64,000 nt of DNA from Dehalococcoidales bacterium (GTDB lineage: Bacteria; Chloroflexota; Dehalococcoidia; Dehalococcoidales; W693), in NCBI GenBank assembly GCA_034431095.1, contig DAOUDM010000035.1, forward strand, positions 844 to 64,843. Direction: 5' to 3'. The position numbers were made by a program, and so were the translations under genes. Below the pieces are notes generated by a model. That model did not search any database. It was not told the DNA's origin and saw nothing but the letters and a program-made list of their open reading frames with translations. This document shows positions 44,614-53,802 of the stretch, in pieces (position 1 is the first letter of the stretch; each line of letters begins with the position of its first letter).

Positions 44614-44724
44614 TTATCGTCCCCTTTTTTCGTATTCGGGGCACCAGGTAGCGTTGGGGCGTTCCGGGTTATGGCATGCCCCGCGCCAGTTCCACTTGCA
44701 ACTATCGCACAGGAATATGTTCAT
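44614..44724 (-). CDS. Putative Cys-rich micro-protein (36 aa; alternative start gives 54 aa)
   Basis: MNIFLCDSCKWNWRGACHNPERPNATWCPEYEKRGR has four Cys (CxxC...C...C). A GAAGG lies 9 nt upstream of the ATG at 44724, and an alternative ATG is at 44778. The full 92-aa track ORF would overlap the divergent corA start, so it was rejected. Confidence 0.3.
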   Translation of the reverse strand: MNIFLCDSCKWNWRGACHNPERPNATWCPEYEKRGR

Positions 44725-44890
44725 ACCCAGCGCCTTCTTTATCCTGAGAATAATCCTGTGTCTTAGAGGGGGCTTCATTTTTATACCAGGTTGGAGTAAA
44801 ATATACTGTTTATAGTATATCAGGTCAGGTGCTATCGGGCAAAGATGTGATAGAATAGGCCTGTCGGCTTTGGTGAAAGGATAATCTGTC

Positions 44891-45838
44891 ATGGCTGCAC
44901 CCAGTGTAAAGAATGAAAAACAGCTGAATATGGAATCGCTGACCTGGGGCGACCTGACCTGGGTTGATATCGTGCCGCCGACGGAGAGGGAGACTGAATA
45001 TCTGGCGCAGAATTACCCCTTCCACCCCCTTGATTTGGATGACACCATCAGCCGAATCCAGCGACCCAAGATAGATGAATACAAGGACTACCTCTTTTTT
45101 GTCTTCCACTTCCCGATATACCGCAAGCAAGAGCAGGTGCTTACCTCCAGCCAGGTATCCGTGTTTATCGGCCCCGACTACCTGATTACCCTGCATAAAG
45201 GCGAGCTCAAACCGCTGGTAAAGCTGTTCAGGGAGTGCCAGCTTGATGAAGAGTCGCGGCAGGAGTACCTCGGTCAGGGTTCAGTTTTTCTCCTGTACCG
45301 TATACTTGACCGGCTGGTTGACTATTGCCTGCCGATATTGGACAAGGTTGGTGATGGCATCGAAGAGGTTGAAGACCACATATTCTCTGACAGGCAGCGA
45401 GGCACGGTAAGGGAAATCTCGCGGCTGCGGCGCGATGTTATCGCCTTTCGCCGCATCATCTGGCCGATGAGGGCGGTTGTCGGCAGTCTGGAGCCCAAGG
45501 TACGCCGTTTTATCAATACCGACCTGGCTGTCTACTTTGGCGATATGGTCGACCATCTGGACAAGATATGGGACGGCCTGGACGAATACAAGGAAATAAT
45601 CGAGGGCTTGAGCGATACCTACGACTCGCTGGCGACCAATCGCACCAACGAAGTCGTCAGGATACTGACCATCATTGCCACTGTTCTGCTGCCGGTTACC
45701 GTGGTCGCTGCCGTTTTCGGTATGAATATCTCCCTGCCCTTTATGGATTCGGAATATGCCCTGCTTTATGTCTTCCTGATAATGCTGGTTATCATCGTCG
45801 GTATCCTGTATTTTCTCCGTCGTATCCGTGTCATCTAG
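44891..45838 (+). CDS. corA: Magnesium/cobalt transporter CorA
   Basis: 315 aa. The C-terminal section has two TM helices with the GMN motif (AAVFGMNISLPFM). An alternative start at MESLTWGDL (44930) is possible. Confidence 0.9.
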   Translation: MAAPSVKNEKQLNMESLTWGDLTWVDIVPPTERETEYLAQNYPFHPLDLDDTISRIQRPKIDEYKDYLFFVFHFPIYRKQEQVLTSSQVSVFIGPDYLITLHKGELKPLVKLFRECQLDEESRQEYLGQGSVFLLYRILDRLVDYCLPILDKVGDGIEEVEDHIFSDRQRGTVREISRLRRDVIAFRRIIWPMRAVVGSLEPKVRRFINTDLAVYFGDMVDHLDKIWDGLDEYKEIIEGLSDTYDSLATNRTNEVVRILTIIATVLLPVTVVAAVFGMNISLPFMDSEYALLYVFLIMLVIIVGILYFLRRIRVI

Positions 45839-45869
45839 TGGTGGCTTTTTGCTGGCAGGGGCTTTGATA

Positions 45870-46535
45870 ATGAATATCTCTCACCGGTTTGTGGTTATTG
45901 CCGCCATCTTTGTCACCTGCCTTATCACCGCCAATATCATTGCCGTCAAGGTGATAAGCCTGGGCTCCGTCTTTCTGCCGGCGGCTATAATCGTTTTTCC
46001 GATAAGCTATATCTTCGGGGATATCCTCACCGAGGTCTACGGTTATCGCTGGGCGAGGCGGGTCATCTGGCTGGGTTTTTTGTGTAATCTCATCTTCGTT
46101 TTCTTTGCCTGGGTGGGGCTCAAGCTACCATCAGCTTCATTCTGGGAGGGGCAGGTAGCCTATGAGACTATCCTCGGCTATGCACCCAGGTTGCTGGTCG
46201 CCTCCTTTAGCGGCTACCTGGTGGGAGAGTTCGCCAACTCCTTTATCATGGCCAAGATGAAGATAAGGACAAAGGGTCGCTGGCTGTGGGCGAGGACTAT
46301 CGGCTCGACGGTAGTCGGGCAGGGGCTGGATACGACCATATTCATTATCATCGCCTTCATCGGCACCACTTCCTTCACCCCGATAATGATTCTTTACCAC
46401 TGGCTGGCGAAGACGGCCATTGAAGTCTTAGCTACTCCGTTCACCTATGCCACCGTCAACTTCCTCAAGAAAAAAGAGGGCATTGATACCTATGACTACA
46501 AGACGAGCTTTAACCCCTTTGCCATCCAGAATTAG
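45870..46535 (+). CDS. Queuosine-precursor transporter (YhhQ/DUF165, VUT family)
   Basis: ORF trimmed to MNISHRFVVIAAIFVTCLITANIIAVK. It has multiple TM segments, and FPISYIFGDILTEVYGY is the DUF165 signature. Confidence 0.85.
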   Translation: MNISHRFVVIAAIFVTCLITANIIAVKVISLGSVFLPAAIIVFPISYIFGDILTEVYGYRWARRVIWLGFLCNLIFVFFAWVGLKLPSASFWEGQVAYETILGYAPRLLVASFSGYLVGEFANSFIMAKMKIRTKGRWLWARTIGSTVVGQGLDTTIFIIIAFIGTTSFTPIMILYHWLAKTAIEVLATPFTYATVNFLKKKEGIDTYDYKTSFNPFAIQN

Positions 46536-46575
46536 GGGCTGGTGGCGGCTTTAAGAGGGGACAGGGTTTTAGCCG

Positions 46576-47346
46576 ATGAAGATTAGCTTTCTCGGGGCGC
46601 ACAACACCGAATCGCGGGATACCAGGCTGGTCAGCCTGCTGATTGACGACGTTCTGGCTCTGGATGCCGGTGGGCTTACCTCAAGCCTATCCTTTGCAGA
46701 ACAGCTAAGGCTTAGGGCAATCTTAATTACCCATCAGCACTACGACCATATCCGGGATATTCCGCTTATAGCCATGAACCTTTTTCTCCGGCAGGCTAAA
46801 ATTGACGTCTACTCCATATCGTCGGTGGGCGATGCTCTTGCCGGTTATCTGCTGAATGACAGCCTCTACCCGAAGTTTCTGGATAACCCCGAAGGTAAAG
46901 AGACCATCAGCTTCCATACGGTGGAGCCTTACCAGGTGATGCAGATTGAGGGCTACAGCGTGCTACCGGTACCGGTGGCTCACTCCGTGCCTGCCGTCGG
47001 TTATCAGGTTACCTCGCCCGATGGCAAGGCGGTCTTATACACCGGGGACACCGGGCCCGGGCTGTCCCACCTGTGGCAGTATGTAACACCCCAACTGATG
47101 ATTACCGAGGTTACCGCCCCGGACAGGTACCGGCAATTCGGCGAAGAAAAAGGGCATCTTACACCAGGGCTGTTGAAGGAAGAGCTTTTAAGCTTTCAGA
47201 AGGTAAAGGGTTACCTGCCAGACGTGGTTACCGTCCATATGAACCCGGAACTGGAGGCGGAGATTGCGGCTGAGCTGGCTAACGTGGCTGAAGAGCTGGG
47301 GAACTCGATTACGCTGGCTTATGAAGGCAGGCAGGTGTCCCTGTAA
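46576..47346 (+). CDS. MBL-fold hydrolase (class II cyclic-nucleotide phosphodiesterase-like)
   Basis: 256 aa. ILITHQHYDHIRD is the HxHxDH motif, and LVSLLIDDVLALDAGG resembles the cAMP phosphodiesterase class II family. Confidence 0.75.
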   Translation: MKISFLGAHNTESRDTRLVSLLIDDVLALDAGGLTSSLSFAEQLRLRAILITHQHYDHIRDIPLIAMNLFLRQAKIDVYSISSVGDALAGYLLNDSLYPKFLDNPEGKETISFHTVEPYQVMQIEGYSVLPVPVAHSVPAVGYQVTSPDGKAVLYTGDTGPGLSHLWQYVTPQLMITEVTAPDRYRQFGEEKGHLTPGLLKEELLSFQKVKGYLPDVVTVHMNPELEAEIAAELANVAEELGNSITLAYEGRQVSL

Positions 47347-47357
47347 GTTTAGAGGGG

Positions 47358-47858
47358 GTGAGGCAGATAAACGCCGTCCGGTTTATAGTCGACCATAACG
47401 TAGGCAAGCTGGCCAGGTGGCTGAGGATGATGGGCTACGATACCCTGTTCTTCAACGGCGATGACGACTCCAGGATGATTGCTATCGCTCTGGCTGAAGG
47501 CAGGGTGATACTAACCAGAGACACCCGTATTATGGAAAGGCGGCTGGTAACCACCGGTCGGCTTAGGGCTATCCTTATCGGTTATGAAACGCCTGAGTTA
47601 CAGATAAAGCAGGTAATAGAGACCCTGAACTTGGACATTCATTTCCGGCCTTTTTCCATATGTCTGGAGTGCAACCAGCCACTGGCTGAGAGGAGCCGGG
47701 AGCAGGTCAGGGAGCGGGTGCCGCCCTATGTTTTCCAGACGCAGGAGAAGTATATGGAGTGCCCTGCCTGCCATAGAATCTACTGGCGGGGTACCCACTG
47801 GCGGGCGATGACCCGGAAGCTGGAGAGGTTTATGTCATATCAGGGAAGGGAGAAATAG
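47358..47858 (+). CDS. Mut7-C / DUF82 PIN-like RNase domain protein
   Basis: 166 aa. FIVDHNVGKLARWLRMMGYDT...ILTRDTRI, then the zinc ribbon CLECNQPL...CPACHRIYWRGTHW. Confidence 0.85.
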   Translation: MRQINAVRFIVDHNVGKLARWLRMMGYDTLFFNGDDDSRMIAIALAEGRVILTRDTRIMERRLVTTGRLRAILIGYETPELQIKQVIETLNLDIHFRPFSICLECNQPLAERSREQVRERVPPYVFQTQEKYMECPACHRIYWRGTHWRAMTRKLERFMSYQGREK

Positions 47859-47859
47859 A

Positions 47860-48462
47860 ATGGATGTCTATGAAGCGGTAACCAGACGGCGGTCGATAAG
47901 GAGGTTCAAGGATACTCCGGTAGCCTATGACATTCTTGAGAGGTGTGTAAATGCCGCCAGGCTGGCGCCGACGGCTATGAACAGCCAGCTCTGCGAGCAT
48001 GTCATCGTTGATGACGAATGGCTGTTGCCCCGAGTGCTTGATGCTGTATCTATGTGGGCTGGGGTGCCTAGACCAGAGGATGGATGGTCTACGGAGCGAC
48101 GGCCTAAAGCCTATATCGTTACCCTGGTAAATACCGGGCTGGCGGTGGGGTTGGGTGTCGGCAAAAGAAACGCCGATTACGATGCCGCTCTGGCGGTGGA
48201 GAATATGGTGCTAGTGGCTCAGGAGCAGGAGCTGGGTAGCTGTGTAATAACTGGTATTAACCGGAAAAAGCTGAAGCGGGCGCTGAACATACCGGATAGG
48301 TATGAAATCGCTATACTGCTGGCGTTAGGTTTTCCCGATGAAAGCCCGGTCTTGGAGGTAGCCGCCGGCTCAATTGAGCGCTGGGTTGACGATAGGGGGG
48401 TACTTCACGTACCCAAGAGAAGGCTGGAAGATGTTCTGCACCGGAACCGCTTTCCGGAGTAA
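47860..48462 (+). CDS. Nitroreductase family protein
   Basis: 200 aa. VTRRRSIRRFKDTPV, NAARLAPTAMNSQ. Confidence 0.85.
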   Translation: MDVYEAVTRRRSIRRFKDTPVAYDILERCVNAARLAPTAMNSQLCEHVIVDDEWLLPRVLDAVSMWAGVPRPEDGWSTERRPKAYIVTLVNTGLAVGLGVGKRNADYDAALAVENMVLVAQEQELGSCVITGINRKKLKRALNIPDRYEIAILLALGFPDESPVLEVAAGSIERWVDDRGVLHVPKRRLEDVLHRNRFPE

Positions 48463-48525
48463 CAGGTTGACCGCAAACCTTGATGTTTTTACACTTCAGC
48501 GTTACCATATACCTGAGGAACTGAT

Positions 48526-50067
48526 ATGAAAGTTTTAAATGCTGACGAGATGCGGCGGGCGGAGCAGGAGTGTGCCGAAGCCGGCATCTCTACCGATATG
48601 CTCATGGAGAACGCCGGCAAGGCGGTAGCCGACAAGGTCCAGCAAGTCCTGTTTGGTGTTTACCGGAAACACATCCTCCTACTGATAGGCCCGGGCAACA
48701 ACGGCGGTGATGGCCTGGTTGCCGCCCGGCACCTCCACGACTGGGGGGCAAAGGTTCACCTTATACTCTTAGGGCGGGGGGTGGAAGATGACCCGAACCT
48801 GAAGCTGGTCCGGGAGCGTGGTATAGATTGTTATCAAGACCTGACTAATCTTGACAGGCTGCTGCCGTCAACCAGTGCCGTCGTCGATGCCATGTTCGGC
48901 ACCGGCAGGAGCCGCCCGCTTGGAGGGGTTTTCAAACAAGCGCTGGAACGGGTGGCTGAGGCTAAGAAGGGGAGGCAGGGGTTAAAGATAATCGCCCTGG
49001 ACTTACCCTCCGGGCTTGACGCCGATACCGGCGACTGCGACCCGGTGTGTCTCTGCAGCGACTATACCATTACTCTCGGTTTCCCCAAGCCGGGTCTGTA
49101 CAACTCGCCCGGGGCGGGAAGGGCTGGCTTGATAACCGTAGTCGATATCGGCATCCCTGAACACCTGGCAAAAGGTGTAACGACAGAGCTAATCACCGAT
49201 GAGTGGGCTCGGTTGGCATTACCAAAACGCCCCCTCGAAGCCAACAAGGGCAGCTTCGGGCGGGTGCTGGTGGTTGCCGGCTCGATAAACTACGTCGGCG
49301 CCGCCTATCTGGCCTGTAGCGGTGCTTACAGAGTCGGCGCCGGGCTGGTAACACTGGCTACACCTGGCAGTCTGCAACCGATTCTGGCGGCTAAGCTGAC
49401 GGAGGCCACATACCTGCCGCTACCTGAATCCAGCCCGGGTATCGTTGCCGGGGAAGCGGCTGGCATTGTCCTTTCCCAGTTGGGTAACTACGACGTAATG
49501 CTGATGGGTTGCGGTTTGGGACAGAGCGACCAGGCTATAAACCTCGTCAGGTCGGTCCTTCTTCAGAAAGAGAAAGCCCTGCCGCATCTGGTGCTTGACG
49601 CTGATGCTATCAATACCCTGGCCAAGATGCCGGGCTGGTGGCGGAAGCTGAACGGTGATGCCGTGCTCACCCCTCACCCCGGCGAGATGGCACGTCTAAC
49701 CGGGCTATCGGTGGATAAGATACAGTCGGATAGAATAGGTATCGCTAAGAGAGCTGCTTTGGAGTGGGGGCAGACGGTTATTTTAAAAGGGGCTTATACC
49801 GTTGTTTCTGCACCTGACGGAAGGTGTCGGATTAGCCCGATAGCCAATGCCGGGCTGGCGTCGGCGGGCACGGGCGATGTCCTGGCCGGGGTTATCGCCG
49901 GTCTTCTGGCTCAGGGGCTGAATACATTTGACGCCGCTACGCTAGGAGTCTGGCTGCACGCTAAGGCGGGCGAGACGGTTAAAGCCGAGCTGGGCGATGC
50001 CGGTATGGTTGCCAGCGATCTATTACCGGTGTTACCGAAGATAATCAAGGGATTAAAGAGAATATAG
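48526..50067 (+). CDS. nnr: Bifunctional NAD(P)H-hydrate repair enzyme (epimerase + ADP-dependent dehydratase)
   Basis: 513 aa. N-terminal YjeF_N (GPGNNGGDGLVAARHL), C-terminal carbohydrate-kinase domain (KGSFGRVLVVAGS...GTGDVLAGVIAG). Confidence 0.92.
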   Translation: MKVLNADEMRRAEQECAEAGISTDMLMENAGKAVADKVQQVLFGVYRKHILLLIGPGNNGGDGLVAARHLHDWGAKVHLILLGRGVEDDPNLKLVRERGIDCYQDLTNLDRLLPSTSAVVDAMFGTGRSRPLGGVFKQALERVAEAKKGRQGLKIIALDLPSGLDADTGDCDPVCLCSDYTITLGFPKPGLYNSPGAGRAGLITVVDIGIPEHLAKGVTTELITDEWARLALPKRPLEANKGSFGRVLVVAGSINYVGAAYLACSGAYRVGAGLVTLATPGSLQPILAAKLTEATYLPLPESSPGIVAGEAAGIVLSQLGNYDVMLMGCGLGQSDQAINLVRSVLLQKEKALPHLVLDADAINTLAKMPGWWRKLNGDAVLTPHPGEMARLTGLSVDKIQSDRIGIAKRAALEWGQTVILKGAYTVVSAPDGRCRISPIANAGLASAGTGDVLAGVIAGLLAQGLNTFDAATLGVWLHAKAGETVKAELGDAGMVASDLLPVLPKIIKGLKRI

Positions 50068-50085
50068 ATACTACTTATCTATACC

Positions 50086-50117
50086 TGCCGCCCTTTAAGG
50101 AAGGGGGATTAAGGGAG
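50086..50117. repeat. Mini-copy of a hairpin-family module
   Basis: TGCCGCCCTTTAAGGAAGGGGGATTAAGGGAG resembles locus E CGCCGCCCTTTTAAGGAAGAGGGATACAGGGGGAG. An 8-bp hairpin, TATAGATA-CTACT-TATCTATA (50063-50083), precedes it and overlaps the nnr stop. Confidence 0.5.
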
Positions 50118-50122
50118 CGAAA

Positions 50123-50905
50123 GTGATGAAGGGAAACATGTTGTTAGCCATTGATATCGGCAATACCGAGACCACTATGGGTGTCTTTGACGGTGACAAA
50201 TTGAAGGCTACCTGGCATACGGCGACGGTTATCCACCGCACCGCCGATGAGCACGCCATACTGCTGCTTAACCTGCTGGGTCGCCAGGGTCTTCAGGCTT
50301 CTGATGTAAAAGAGGTCTCCCTGTGCAGCGTCGTGCCGCCGATAACCTCCATCTACGAGGATATGTTCCAGCGGCACTTCAACGTCTCACTGCTGGTAGT
50401 TGCCGCCGGTATCAAGACAGGGGTATGTATCTGTATGGACAACCCGAGGGAGGTCGGCGCCGACCGCATTGTCGATGCCGTCGCCGCCCATCACCTTTAC
50501 GGCGGTCCGGTAATCGTTGTCGATTTTGGCACGGCGACTACCTTTGATACGGTATCCGCTAAGGGCGACTACCTGGGTGGAGCCATAGCCCCCGGTATGA
50601 TTACCGCCGCTGAGGCTATGTCCCGGGAGACAGCCATGCTGCCGCGTGTGGAGCTGGCACGTCCCGGTCGTGTTATTGGTACCAATACCATTGATGCTAT
50701 GAAATCGGGTATCGTTTTCGGCCATGTGTCTATGGTTGAAGGTATGGTCGCCCGTATTCAGAGAGAGCTGGGTGCCAGAACCAAGGTGGTAGCCACCGGG
50801 GGTTATGCCGGATTGATAGCCAGGGAAACGAAGGTGATTGACGAGGTGAACCCCAACCTGACGCTAATCGGGCTGAGGCTTGTCTACCGTATGAACCAGG
50901 ACTGA
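50123..50905 (+). CDS. coaX: Type III pantothenate kinase
   Basis: 260 aa. MLLAIDIGNTET..., VVDFGTATTFD. AAGGGAG lies 6 nt upstream of GTG/ATG at 50123/50126. Confidence 0.9.
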   Translation: MMKGNMLLAIDIGNTETTMGVFDGDKLKATWHTATVIHRTADEHAILLLNLLGRQGLQASDVKEVSLCSVVPPITSIYEDMFQRHFNVSLLVVAAGIKTGVCICMDNPREVGADRIVDAVAAHHLYGGPVIVVDFGTATTFDTVSAKGDYLGGAIAPGMITAAEAMSRETAMLPRVELARPGRVIGTNTIDAMKSGIVFGHVSMVEGMVARIQRELGARTKVVATGGYAGLIARETKVIDEVNPNLTLIGLRLVYRMNQD

Positions 50906-50987
50906 CCTTGCAGATGACTACTATTTAAGGATAGACTTAAGAACACTGCACCCTAAGGGAATCTTCACTATTCTTGAGGAGATAACA

Positions 50988-52502
50988 TTGCTAGAAGATA
51001 AAACCGTAGTGCTGGGCGTAACCGGCAGTATCGCCGCCTATAAAGCGGCTGATATCGCCAGTAAGCTAACCCAGGCGGGGGCCAGGGTTGAGGCGGTCAT
51101 GACCGACTCCGCCACCAGGTTCATCACTCCGATGACGCTGCGCAGTATCACCAGGCGGCCAGTGGTAACCAGCATGTGGGAGATGGCTTCCGAGTTCAGT
51201 ATTGAGCATGTGGCGCTGGCGGAGGCGGCCGATGTGGTGGTCATCGCTCCGGCGACGGCCAATATTATCGCCCACCTTGCCGGCGGCATGGCCGACGATA
51301 TGCTTACCTGCACCGTGCTGGCAACAAAGGCTCCGGTTATTATCGCCCCGGCAATGAACGACAACATGTTCAACAACCCGGTTACCCAGGAGAATATAGA
51401 GAAACTAAAGGCGAGGGGCTTTGTTTTTGTTGCACCCGGCTATGGACATCTGGCTTCGGGCAAGACGGGTGTCGGCCGTCTGGCCGATACGGAAGTAATC
51501 ATCGGCACCATCAAACAGGTGCTGGGCAGGAGCGGTGACCTGGTGGGTAAACGCATTGTAGTTACCGCCGGCGGCACCCGCGAGCCGATTGACCCGGTGC
51601 GCTATATCGGCAACCGCTCCTCGGGCAGGATGGGCTATGCTTTGGCTTCAGCCGCCCGGGACAGGGGGGCGGAAGTCAAACTTATCACCACGGTTACCTG
51701 CCTGCCGGAGACGGTCGGTATTGATGTCGTTGCGGTTGATACCGCAAAAGAAATGGAGCGGGCGGTCAAAGGTGCCGCTAAGGACGCCGATGCCCTGGTT
51801 ATGGCGGCGGCGGTGGCGGATTATAAGCCGGAGACTACCGCCAAAACCAAGATTAAGAAAGAGAGTGCCAGTCTGACGCTGGAACTGGTAAAGACGCCAG
51901 ATATACTGGCTGGAGCAAAGGGAAAATTTATCAAGGTCGGCTTTGCCGCCGAGAGCGAAGACATAGTTGCCAATGCCCGAAAAAAGCTCAAGGAGAAAGG
52001 CCTTGGCCTCATCGTGGCCAACGATATTACCGATAAAGACTGCGGCTTCGGCGCCGATACCAATAAAGTTACCATAATAGATAAAGATGGCAAGGTAGAA
52101 GACCTGCCCCTGATGACCAAGCGAGAGGTGGCGGATAAGATTTTGGATAGGGTGGCGGGGATTTTAACTAAAAAGGTATTGCCTTCTATTAAACTTAAAG
52201 TTGTCCCATCGGCACCGGACTACGGATTTATCTTCATACCAAAAAAGTATAGGCATTTATTCCCTGGCTATAAAGAACGATTTAGCTTAAGCACCGATAT
52301 TGGAGAAATTACTACATACATTACAGGAGCTCACAAAGGTACGCCTGTTGGAGACCCGAGCGGAGGAAACCGTATCCATTATGGCTTATCCTCGTGGTAT
52401 CGTGAACATAGTGAGTTACGGGTTGACGCTAGAGCGGTAATCGTGATTAAGGTAATCGAACCTAAAAAGAAGTATCGTCTTCAAATTTGGGAGAAGGAAT
52501 AG
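50988..52502 (+). CDS. coaBC: Phosphopantothenoylcysteine decarboxylase / phosphopantothenate-cysteine ligase (CoaBC) with an in-frame C-terminal extension of about 108 aa
   Basis: 504 aa with a TTG start. CoaC is marked by VVLGVTGSIAAYKAADIASKL and CoaB by VVTAGGTREPIDPVRYIGNRSSGRMG. The normal CoaBC end lies near ...REVADKILDRVAGILTKK (residue 396, nt 52175). The ORF then continues through AT-richer DNA as VLPSIKLKVVPSAPDYGFIFIPKKYRHLFPG...KKKYRLQIWEKE. Confidence 0.88.
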   Translation: MLEDKTVVLGVTGSIAAYKAADIASKLTQAGARVEAVMTDSATRFITPMTLRSITRRPVVTSMWEMASEFSIEHVALAEAADVVVIAPATANIIAHLAGGMADDMLTCTVLATKAPVIIAPAMNDNMFNNPVTQENIEKLKARGFVFVAPGYGHLASGKTGVGRLADTEVIIGTIKQVLGRSGDLVGKRIVVTAGGTREPIDPVRYIGNRSSGRMGYALASAARDRGAEVKLITTVTCLPETVGIDVVAVDTAKEMERAVKGAAKDADALVMAAAVADYKPETTAKTKIKKESASLTLELVKTPDILAGAKGKFIKVGFAAESEDIVANARKKLKEKGLGLIVANDITDKDCGFGADTNKVTIIDKDGKVEDLPLMTKREVADKILDRVAGILTKKVLPSIKLKVVPSAPDYGFIFIPKKYRHLFPGYKERFSLSTDIGEITTYITGAHKGTPVGDPSGGNRIHYGLSSWYREHSELRVDARAVIVIKVIEPKKKYRLQIWEKE

Positions 52503-52528
52503 GCTGAATAGAAATATTGGAAAGAACA

Positions 52529-53476
52529 ATGAAGCGATATGTAATGCCCGTCTTGGCTTTAGTTTTAATCGCAAGCTTATTGCCAGTGTTTGGTTGCGGA
52601 AGCGGAGAGGGTATTTCGGAGAAGCGTGTTATAAAGGCTACCTATGATTATTTGATTGATAGAGCTGAAGAACTGCAGGGAGCTGAAGGTTTTCTGGCGA
52701 AGGGCCAAATAGATTGGGGATTTCATTCGGCAGTGCTTAATGCTTGGAAGGAAGCTACACTCTCTGATGATGGATCTGGAAAGTCAGTTGAAATTTATCT
52801 CGATAAGCGAGATGCAGAAATGGAAGCAAGGAATCAAGCTGCAGGTATACCGAAAGACGCATCTTATAAAATACAAACTTCTTCAAATGCCCTAAAAATG
52901 TTAGCTCAGGATGAAGGAAGCGGACTGTGGGCAGTTTCGATAGGCGAATGGGAACTTGGGTTCAATGAAATAACAAACGAGGTTTTCTCTAAAAATAATG
53001 AAGCTGCGATACTATTAGAAGAAATCACGCTAAAGATATATCACAATACAAAATATGGTTACTCCATAGACTATCCTCCCAAATGGAATATTCTTGATGT
53101 TATAAAAGAGGCGGTCAATATTTCATATGTAAGTTCAGATGCTACTATGGAAAGGGCCATATTTGTTAATATTCTCCCTAAGATTCAGGGGCTCGGACTG
53201 AACGATTACGCAGAATGGAGAGTGAATTCCTTTCGTTACGAAGATTACCAGATATATTTGGCAGAAGGTAATCAGAAGGTCAGTGGAATAGTAGCATACA
53301 TCACCGGACTTAGATTCGAATACCTAGAAATACTAGGAAACTATATAGGCTACGAAGCTCGGTGGTACTTCATTGAGAAAGATGAGAAGATTTGCGAAAT
53401 ACTTACGATTGCAAGGCCAATGCTTTTTAGGACATACTTGTTCGACCCTTATCCAAGTTTTCAATTTTATCCGTAA
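52529..53476 (+). CDS. Putative lipoprotein of unknown function
   Basis: ORF trimmed to MKRYVMPVLALVLIASLLPVFGCGSGEG, a signal peptide with the lipobox L-P-V-F-G-C. 315 aa. The segment is low-GC (about 33-48% in samples). Confidence 0.6.
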   Translation: MKRYVMPVLALVLIASLLPVFGCGSGEGISEKRVIKATYDYLIDRAEELQGAEGFLAKGQIDWGFHSAVLNAWKEATLSDDGSGKSVEIYLDKRDAEMEARNQAAGIPKDASYKIQTSSNALKMLAQDEGSGLWAVSIGEWELGFNEITNEVFSKNNEAAILLEEITLKIYHNTKYGYSIDYPPKWNILDVIKEAVNISYVSSDATMERAIFVNILPKIQGLGLNDYAEWRVNSFRYEDYQIYLAEGNQKVSGIVAYITGLRFEYLEILGNYIGYEARWYFIEKDEKICEILTIARPMLFRTYLFDPYPSFQFYP

Positions 53477-53531
53477 AAGGAAAGCAGACAATTAATGGTG
53501 TGGCTTTTCAACCCTTAAGCGGAGTTCAAAG

Positions 53532-53549
53532 AGAGGCTTAGCCTCTTTT
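53532..53549 (+). terminator. Possible intrinsic terminator after the lipoprotein gene
   Basis: AGAGGC-TTA-GCCTCT forms a 6-bp stem, followed by TTTAAAAA. The stem is short. Confidence 0.4.
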
Positions 53550-53555
53550 AAAAAC

Positions 53556-53760
53556 CCCCTCCCCCTCTCCTGTGAGGAGAGGGGGATTAAGGGGGTGAGG
53601 TTGTTGTGTTAATAAAAGAGGCCAGGAGGGGATAATTACCGCCTCCGCTCTTTATTATCTATTCCCACCCGCCGCCCTTTTAAGGAAGAGGGATACAGGG
53701 GGAGAGCCCCACTGCCCTAAGGAAAAGGGTATTAGGATGAGAATCCCCCACCCTTAAGGA
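53556..53760. repeat. G/C-rich hairpin-module cluster, locus E
   Basis: CCCCCTCTCCT-GTG-AGGAGAGGGGG (53561-53585) carries the tail ATTAAGGGGGTGAGG. A 40-nt module, TCTTTATTATCTATTCCCACCCGCCGCCCTTTTAAGGAAG (53649-53688), follows. Further G-rich units (GGGATACAGGGGGAGAG, CCCTAAGGAAAAGGG, CCCCCACCCTTAAGGAAGG) complete the cluster. Confidence 0.85.
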
Positions 53761-53802
53761 AGGCAAGGAGTGATTTACTAACCAAATCGCAGAGAGGAAG
53801 GA

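Noticed and set aside
44725-44890. Mg2+ (M-box) riboswitch upstream of corA, or a preQ1 riboswitch before the YhhQ-type transporter.
   Set aside because: I recognised no conserved M-box or preQ1 core. The corA upstream region is short and partly occupied by a reverse-strand ORF. The yhhQ-like gene follows corA with only 31 nt between the corA stop and its start.
44614-44892. The full 92-aa reverse-strand ORF from the track.
   Set aside because: Its start would overlap the divergent corA start codon by 2 nt, leaving no promoter space. The N-terminal two thirds are low-complexity. Only the Cys-rich C-terminal part is retained, as a low-confidence call.
53477-53802. T-box leader upstream of valS.
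   Set aside because: The leader is made of hairpin-family modules shared with unrelated loci. I found no T-box sequence of the GGGTGGTACCGCG type and no specifier-loop arrangement.
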